IMG/VR virus record: IMGVR_UViG_3300047356_001345
Source of the DNA: an uncultured virus (IMG/VR IMGVR_UViG_3300047356_001345)
Lineage: Duplodnaviria > Heunggongvirae > Uroviricota > Caudoviricetes
DNA length: 58,411 bases
Reading direction: 5' to 3' (one strand)
Made by a program: the position numbers and the translations under genes. This document shows, piece by piece, positions 54,101 to 58,411 of this stretch; position 1 is the stretch's first letter, and every line of letters begins with the position of its first letter. The notes under the pieces are model-generated. The model made no database searches. It saw only the letters and a list, made by a program, of their open reading frames with translations, and was not told where the DNA came from.

Positions 54101-56088
54101 TCAAAATCTACTCTACTGTTATCTAAAACGAAGAATGCATTGCTTGCTCTTTCTGGGGGAACAGGACTTGCAGTGTAAGGTAAGTCGTCCCATTGTAATT
54201 CGTCTCTGTCCCAAAACCTAAATACTAATCTTGTATCATTGTCAAAATACTGAATCCATACATCTTTGTCTTCAGGGTCAATTGGTGCTGTTTTTGTTAA
54301 ACTATATTTTTTTGGCACCCATACTTCTGTGTTTGCATTGAATCTAGTTAATCTTAAATCTAAGCCGTTGTTATCAGGATTGATGTTAAACCAAAAATCT
54401 ACATTTAAAGGATTTGGTCTTGTTGCGCTAACTTCTAATATTGTGTCATTACCGTAAACACCTCTTAGACTATCCTGGTTAAGTAATTTCCACAATCCAT
54501 CATACTTAAAATAAAATACATTGTTTACTGTATCAAATAAATATTCTCCGTTATCACCAGTGGTATTACTAGGAACACCTTCATTATATAAAACTGTTTG
54601 TTTAGTGTAAGAGGAATAGCTAACAGGAGTATTTGCTTGACCTCCCATACCAGAATGATTTATACAATAGTAATATAAAGTAGGTGCACCTACTGGAATA
54701 GTTATTTCTACATAGGCTAGTTCCGCTCCTGCAACTCCAAACACAGTAACGCCTTCAGTATATTCTTGCCCGCTGTCCCAAATACCGTTTGGAGTAGTTG
54801 AGAATCTCAAACCGTGAGTCGCAACAGATATGTCCGATACATCAAATCTATAAGTATTTCCTTCTCTTAATTCTAAAGTAGGACTAGGGCCATCGAAGCC
54901 TTCTATGTAATATTTGTTACCTGTACCATACTGATTAGTACCAGGTGCTACTGTTACTTTGTAATTTACAGTTGATATTGTAGAATATATACCAAAGTTT
55001 GAGTTTGTTTGATCAAACCAAAAACTTTCTGTAAATGTAGAACCTATATTTAAATCGCCTTCGGGTGTTAGCCATTCAGGAGCATCTTCGCCTTCAATAG
55101 TAATTTCAAAGGTACGATCGCTAATTGTGCCATTAAAAGTTGCTCTTATAACAAAAGAAAAAGTAGTAAGCCTTTTTACTTCAAACGCAGACCCTTTGAT
55201 TTGATTATTTTCTAATCTCAAACCAGAAGGCAAGTCTCCTGCAATTACACTAGTAGTTGCATTAGCAGTAAGATCAATAGGTAAATCAATTGTAACTGTT
55301 GTTCTTTCTAAAAACCTGCCTAAATTGTAAGGTGACTCTTTTGTCCATACGGTATATGTAGGATCAGCAATAACTTTTATAGCAAGCTCTCTATCATAAT
55401 AGCCTTCATTGTCGTGTACTCTAACTGTAAATGTACTAGTTGTAGTTGTATTTTGACTTACTGGTGCACCGACAATAGTGTTATCTACTAATGTTAATCC
55501 GGGTGGTAAACTGCCATCTACTATTTCTGACCAAATATATCTAAATGCTGATCCGCCTTGGTCTCTGAATTGTTTTACATATGTAGGACTATCGTCTATC
55601 AGCACACTATCTGTCTGTGCATACGGTCCTTTATCAAAATTCTCTGCAAATAAAACTGGACCTGTAGGCTGGAAATTTGCACTAGCCCAATCCTGTTTTT
55701 CTCCATTTCCGTTTAACAAACCAGTATCAGTTGTTAGTATTTTGTAACTAGTTAATAAAGATACTAATCTATCTGCTTGGGGGAGTTTTTCTAAATTTGA
55801 AAAAAATCCTGGCATTGCATTTTGAATTGCAGTAATTTTTACACTGTCTAATGTCTGTATATCTCTAGCATTGCTAAGTGCAAATAAAGCTGCTAATCCT
55901 TTATTAAAATCTGCTATGGTATTATCCATATCGATGTATACCTGTGTATTAGGTCCTACATTTTCTGCTATAAACTGACTTATACTATTTGTGCTATTCT
56001 CTGTAGTAATCGGTAATGGCAAAAATATTTGACTTTGGTCATCACTATTGATTGTTAGAATTGTAGATCCATTACTTACATTGAACAT
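51169..56088 (-). CDS. Giant baseplate/virion protein with Ig-like (He_PIG-type) repeats and inserted HAD and cupredoxin-like domains
   Basis: Repeated G.LP.GL.L...I.G motifs; DMDNT...LIDD; H...YYYCINHSGM. Confidence 0.7.
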   Translation of the reverse strand: MFNVSNGSTILTINSDDQSQIFLPLPITTENSTNSISQFIAENVGPNTQVYIDMDNTIADFNKGLAALFALSNARDIQTLDSVKITAIQNAMPGFFSNLEKLPQADRLVSLLTSYKILTTDTGLLNGNGEKQDWASANFQPTGPVLFAENFDKGPYAQTDSVLIDDSPTYVKQFRDQGGSAFRYIWSEIVDGSLPPGLTLVDNTIVGAPVSQNTTTTSTFTVRVHDNEGYYDRELAIKVIADPTYTVWTKESPYNLGRFLERTTVTIDLPIDLTANATTSVIAGDLPSGLRLENNQIKGSAFEVKRLTTFSFVIRATFNGTISDRTFEITIEGEDAPEWLTPEGDLNIGSTFTESFWFDQTNSNFGIYSTISTVNYKVTVAPGTNQYGTGNKYYIEGFDGPSPTLELREGNTYRFDVSDISVATHGLRFSTTPNGIWDSGQEYTEGVTVFGVAGAELAYVEITIPVGAPTLYYYCINHSGMGGQANTPVSYSSYTKQTVLYNEGVPSNTTGDNGEYLFDTVNNVFYFKYDGLWKLLNQDSLRGVYGNDTILEVSATRPNPLNVDFWFNINPDNNGLDLRLTRFNANTEVWVPKKYSLTKTAPIDPEDKDVWIQYFDNDTRLVFRFWDRDELQWDDLPYTASPVPPERASNAFFVLDNSRVDFDLEVIDPDLTAGETLTFYIAEGDGELPPGLTLSKEGNIKGIVDPILALDSDNYDPYGDSTRQQQGVTDTEGFDSDPYDAQFYGFGLPSRNPRKLNREYEFFVTVADDVSDNRRRFAIYVVSDDFLRADNTIMRSATGLFTADVTYLRKPIWLTRGNLGSIRADNYQTIFIDVYDPNYLLGNVKYNIREYNDDGSRSIIPNGLDFDTDTGELAGIIPYQPAVEVDYKFTIEATRSEADQEVFEINTNIFEDTLAGMTTVKVNKISRSLDDGVDDVEALKKTQVTIENNDYLIEQINEDNLLYDTLQLGFPLLPSPFLKPLTLSTNITIGDSIALFYRNNLTETEIAQWVSRNINYGTTANFVKEINFVNNYRFVGESNQSLGINFTGTGISIIPGEPIQTSVKRALSKVANIDEDLIIVDATDLTSIVVNIPQTALTNNRNLLESVFETEDSSPVYSVVDEDTVKALFTNSWTVNVAKDTQFALGAIKDKSITKRILETQSEFTSTSKTFTLKVLGNVDSTIRWITPETLPSLGANRISYLNVQAETTLEGANLRYDLISGKLPVGLQLKRNGEITGTVKQFGTTADPGLTTIDDRTTTFDGTSTTFDRKFTFKVLARDRFGYSALSRTFSITIIDLDTKLYSNVYMQPFLNTAQRNLYNEFINDYTIFDASLIYRPYDTNFGLQKDLRTLAYAGIEQKNIESFAAAVTLNHTKKKFTFGSLKTAVAKQPGTNDIVYEVVYVDVIDPGEPETGETQDRASIRTGTDLKINQVKKEARDDDSAKAQGQGFFSISTRNGVIIKVRDEAGLLIKTRAGDLTLPTNGGIAIIGRNGTVSVQTTSLSNDASGDPYRFRPNGDVVTVDQTSVITSQSKDRFRYLSNIGTMRKRIAAIGANEREFLPLWMRTAQDGSLSEIDYVTALPLCYTKPGGAQTIKENIENAKFDFKQINYEIDRYIVDKTENNNQETFILFPRHSFNSG

Positions 56089-56100
56089 TTAAATTCATCC

Positions 56101-56769
56101 TCAACTTACAATCAAGCCTTCATCAAGCGTGACATTAACCGGAGATGTGACAGTTCCGAAATCGACATCTGTTACAATATTTAAATAATCAATAATACTT
56201 GTTATAGTATTACCAACACCTCCAAAATCAAGAGATGCAACATCTGCAAGATCGGTTACATTTACACCATTGATTGTGCCACAGTTTACTATATTATTTT
56301 GTTGCATATTTAACGTTGCACTCACTGCCGGTGAATTTTCTCTAACCAATTGACTATCAATTGATATAGTTTTAGTATTATTATCAACACTCACCACTGC
56401 GCCTGTGTTTACAGCGCCTTGGAATATTATAGGCTCGCTAACATTGCTTGTTATAGTATTTACACCGTCCGTAAAAACTAGTGTTGCTTGTGTGCTTTTT
56501 AAGAATAATGTGTTTCCATCATCACTAACTCTAAATGCTACTGTGCCAGGTGCAAGCGGATCAGGTTGTAATGCTCTAAAATTAAGTGTACTACCTACTT
56601 TGTCTTTGAATAATGTGAAGCCGCCTATGCCTACATTTGCACCTTCGACATTTGCAGCTCTTAGATCTAGTTCATCAAAGTTTTGATTTACCTTAATAAA
56701 TGCTTCTCTTAAATCATCCCCTGTGCCGTCATTAGCAAGGTTGCCCACATTGATAACTTGGATTGCCAT
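56101..56769 (-). CDS. Baseplate/fibre protein with a T4 gp10-like N-terminus
   Basis: INVG..ANDGTGDDLR.AF.KVN.NFDEL. Confidence 0.75.
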   Translation of the reverse strand: MAIQVINVGNLANDGTGDDLREAFIKVNQNFDELDLRAANVEGANVGIGGFTLFKDKVGSTLNFRALQPDPLAPGTVAFRVSDDGNTLFLKSTQATLVFTDGVNTITSNVSEPIIFQGAVNTGAVVSVDNNTKTISIDSQLVRENSPAVSATLNMQQNNIVNCGTINGVNVTDLADVASLDFGGVGNTITSIIDYLNIVTDVDFGTVTSPVNVTLDEGLIVS

Positions 56770-56788
56770 TATTTTTCTCCGTTTTTTA

Positions 56789-56796
56789 TATTTATC
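56789..56796 (-). promoter_or_regulatory. Late promoter GATAAATA
   Basis: Intergenic, before a GGAG RBS. Confidence 0.65.
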
Positions 56797-56811
56797 ACTT
56801 ACGGAAGACTA

Positions 56812-58218
56812 TTAAGAACCAAGTGCTACCCAACCTGTTTGAGTACGGAATTGTAGTTCATTGTCAGTTATGTTAAGAATAATTTCTCCAGGTCTTGGAT
56901 TAGAAATAGCGTTTCTTTGTGTAGTTGTAAAATAAGGAACTTGAAGTCCTCTTGTACCATTAGTTGCAGGAAGTTGCAACCATCCTGCGTTGCCTTGTCC
57001 GTCAGCGTTGGCAACGTAGTATTCCGCATAATCATTTGTTTGGTGGAAATCTCCAGTTTGTGGTGAACTAGGACGAGATGCATTAGGCTGAATTCTAAGG
57101 TAATTATTTACAGTCACTCTGTTATTTTGACCTGCGTCAATAGATATATTTCCACTGTTTTTTACTTCCGGCGTATTGAGTCGCACTGTGCTTGTCATCT
57201 CATTACCCGTAATTTCATTACCAGCAGTAATATCTCCATTGGTAGCAACTATGTTACCATTTGTTGTTGCAAAGTTACCATTTGTACTACCTAGACTTGT
57301 TACCACAGTCAAGTTAGTGACTTCTGCGTTAGTAAGAGCACTAGTTCCTGCACCGTTAGCAGTAATCGTTCCAAAGGTAGCACTTTGCGTGGTAAGTGCG
57401 CCTGCTGTCAACACAGCATCTAAATCTACGTTTAACAATACTTGTGCAAGTGTAACAAACTGTGTGTTAGTATTATCAAAAGTAAAAACACCTGTGCTAC
57501 TGTTATATGAAATTGGATCACCTGCACTTAAACTTGCTCTTGTAATGTATCCTTGGGCATTAACTTCTGTAAGTGTAATAAAATTACTATCATTAGCAAG
57601 CTGGCTTGTTGATGTTGGTACCAATGCTGGTGTAAAACTAAATTCACCTGTGCTATCATCATAAGTTAAACTACCATTACCGCTTGCTGGATTACTTATA
57701 AGGCTTAGATCAGTTAATTCAATACCGCCTCCACCGCCGGTATTGTCTACACCTTGCCAACTAAATCCGTCCCATTTTAAGATTTTATCGACTACACTTC
57801 CATCTGAAGGATAGTTTGCAAAAACATCTGGAATATCAGCAAGTCTCTCAATTCCACTAATGACTGGTTTGTTATTAATAAAACTTGGATCATTAGGATC
57901 TGTTTCATTCCAATTAGGTTGCACTTGGATACTACTTAAAGGATTTCCACTTACTGTGTAGTTACTTGCATCAACTACTCCGGCAGCAGTAACACCACCT
58001 GTTAAAGTTAATGTTCCGCCAGCAATAGCTGAAATATCTGCACCAGCAGCGGTAATTGTGCTGCTTAAAGTAATTGTTGCAGCAGTCAACTGAGATACTA
58101 AAGACAGATTGTTTAAGTTAGCAATGCCGCTTCCTGTCATATCTAAAAAATCGCCATCTGGCATTTCTTTTATATTTGAATCTGTTGCATCTACTACTAG
58201 TGGAAATCTATTTGCCAT
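56812..58218 (-). CDS. Tail fibre-like structural protein
   Basis: T/G/S/N-rich; its C-terminal module is shared with 293..2362. Confidence 0.7.
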   Translation of the reverse strand: MANRFPLVVDATDSNIKEMPDGDFLDMTGSGIANLNNLSLVSQLTAATITLSSTITAAGADISAIAGGTLTLTGGVTAAGVVDASNYTVSGNPLSSIQVQPNWNETDPNDPSFINNKPVISGIERLADIPDVFANYPSDGSVVDKILKWDGFSWQGVDNTGGGGGIELTDLSLISNPASGNGSLTYDDSTGEFSFTPALVPTSTSQLANDSNFITLTEVNAQGYITRASLSAGDPISYNSSTGVFTFDNTNTQFVTLAQVLLNVDLDAVLTAGALTTQSATFGTITANGAGTSALTNAEVTNLTVVTSLGSTNGNFATTNGNIVATNGDITAGNEITGNEMTSTVRLNTPEVKNSGNISIDAGQNNRVTVNNYLRIQPNASRPSSPQTGDFHQTNDYAEYYVANADGQGNAGWLQLPATNGTRGLQVPYFTTTQRNAISNPRPGEIILNITDNELQFRTQTGWVALGS

Positions 58219-58236
58219 TCTATATGTCCTTTTTTA

Positions 58237-58244
58237 TATTTATC
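58237..58244 (-). promoter_or_regulatory. Late promoter GATAAATA
   Basis: Intergenic, before an AAGGA RBS. Confidence 0.65.
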
Positions 58245-58251
58245 GTACTCA

Positions 58252-58411
58252 TTACAATGCAGCTATTCTTGCTTTGAAGTCTGCGAAATCTGCACTTGCT
58301 GCTACTTCAGTTTTTAGTGTTGCTAAACTTACGTATCCTGGAATAACAGCATTTACAGCATCTACTAACAATGTGCTATCGTCAGCAAATACACTACCTT
58401 GTAAATCTCTA
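58252..58411 (-). CDS. C-terminus of a tail-fibre-like protein (partial)
   Basis: Read by hand: ...DLQGSVFADDSTLLVDAV...DFADFKARIAAL*; shares the GSVFxDDST motif with 293..2362. Confidence 0.7.
   Translation of the reverse strand, partial: RDLQGSVFADDSTLLVDAVNAVIPGYVSLATLKTEVAASADFADFKARIAAL

Noticed and set aside
351..57664. Many plus-strand ORFs in the track (e.g. 351..851, 1026..1652, 27048..27707, 34748..35272, 57176..57664)
   Set aside because: They are antisense shadows of motif-bearing minus-strand genes, with no recognisable motifs of their own.
1..58411. tRNA, rRNA, CRISPR array, IS element, integrase, intron or intein
   Set aside because: Intergenic gaps are at most about 150 bp with no cloverleaf or spaced repeats seen; PolB, ClpA, PhoH and ThyX are of ordinary length.
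1..58411. Stop-codon reassignment
   Set aside because: Conserved genes are intact in the standard code, and TAA, TAG and TGA all end genes.

Overview
A 58.4-kb, AT-rich, gene-dense segment of a large T4-like (myovirus-type) dsDNA phage genome, translated with the standard code. All convincing genes except phoH are on the minus strand. The host is Gram-negative (spanins) and probably alphaproteobacterial (FdxA, BI-1/YccA and DUF6356 sequences; inference). Modules in transcription order (right to left): tail/baseplate proteins; a truncated DnaE fragment; GroES, nucleotide pyrophosphatases, BI-1, exonuclease, clamp loader, ferredoxin, ThyX and PhoH; a lysis cassette (GH19 endolysin, two spanins, lipoprotein amidase, holin candidates); DnaJ, peptide deformylase and ClpA; an array of probable head-internal polyproteins; ATP-grasp and Ate/Bpt-like enzymes; DsbA-like protein, PolB and sliding clamp; a 7-deazaguanine DNA-modification cluster (DpdA, DpdL/QueD-like, FolE, QueE) interleaved with nucleotide-sugar enzymes, a glycosyltransferase and a PRTase; MBD4-like glycosylase, RNase H, Smr, HTH and MoxR/VWA genes; then a tail fibre and the start of a probable S8 protease. 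Near-consensus sigma70 promoters and T4-like late motifs (TAAATA) are visible, and several overlap hairpins that would gate translation. Best candidates for undescribed biology: (1) a QueC-less deazaguanine pathway coupled to a sugar pathway; (2) a HAD nucleotidase domain inserted in the giant baseplate protein and paralogous to a head-cargo nucleotidase; (3) a protease-processed cargo polyprotein array; (4) an intein-free DnaE half-protein; (5) apparent absence of CATG. All assignments come from motif recognition by eye; no searches were run.
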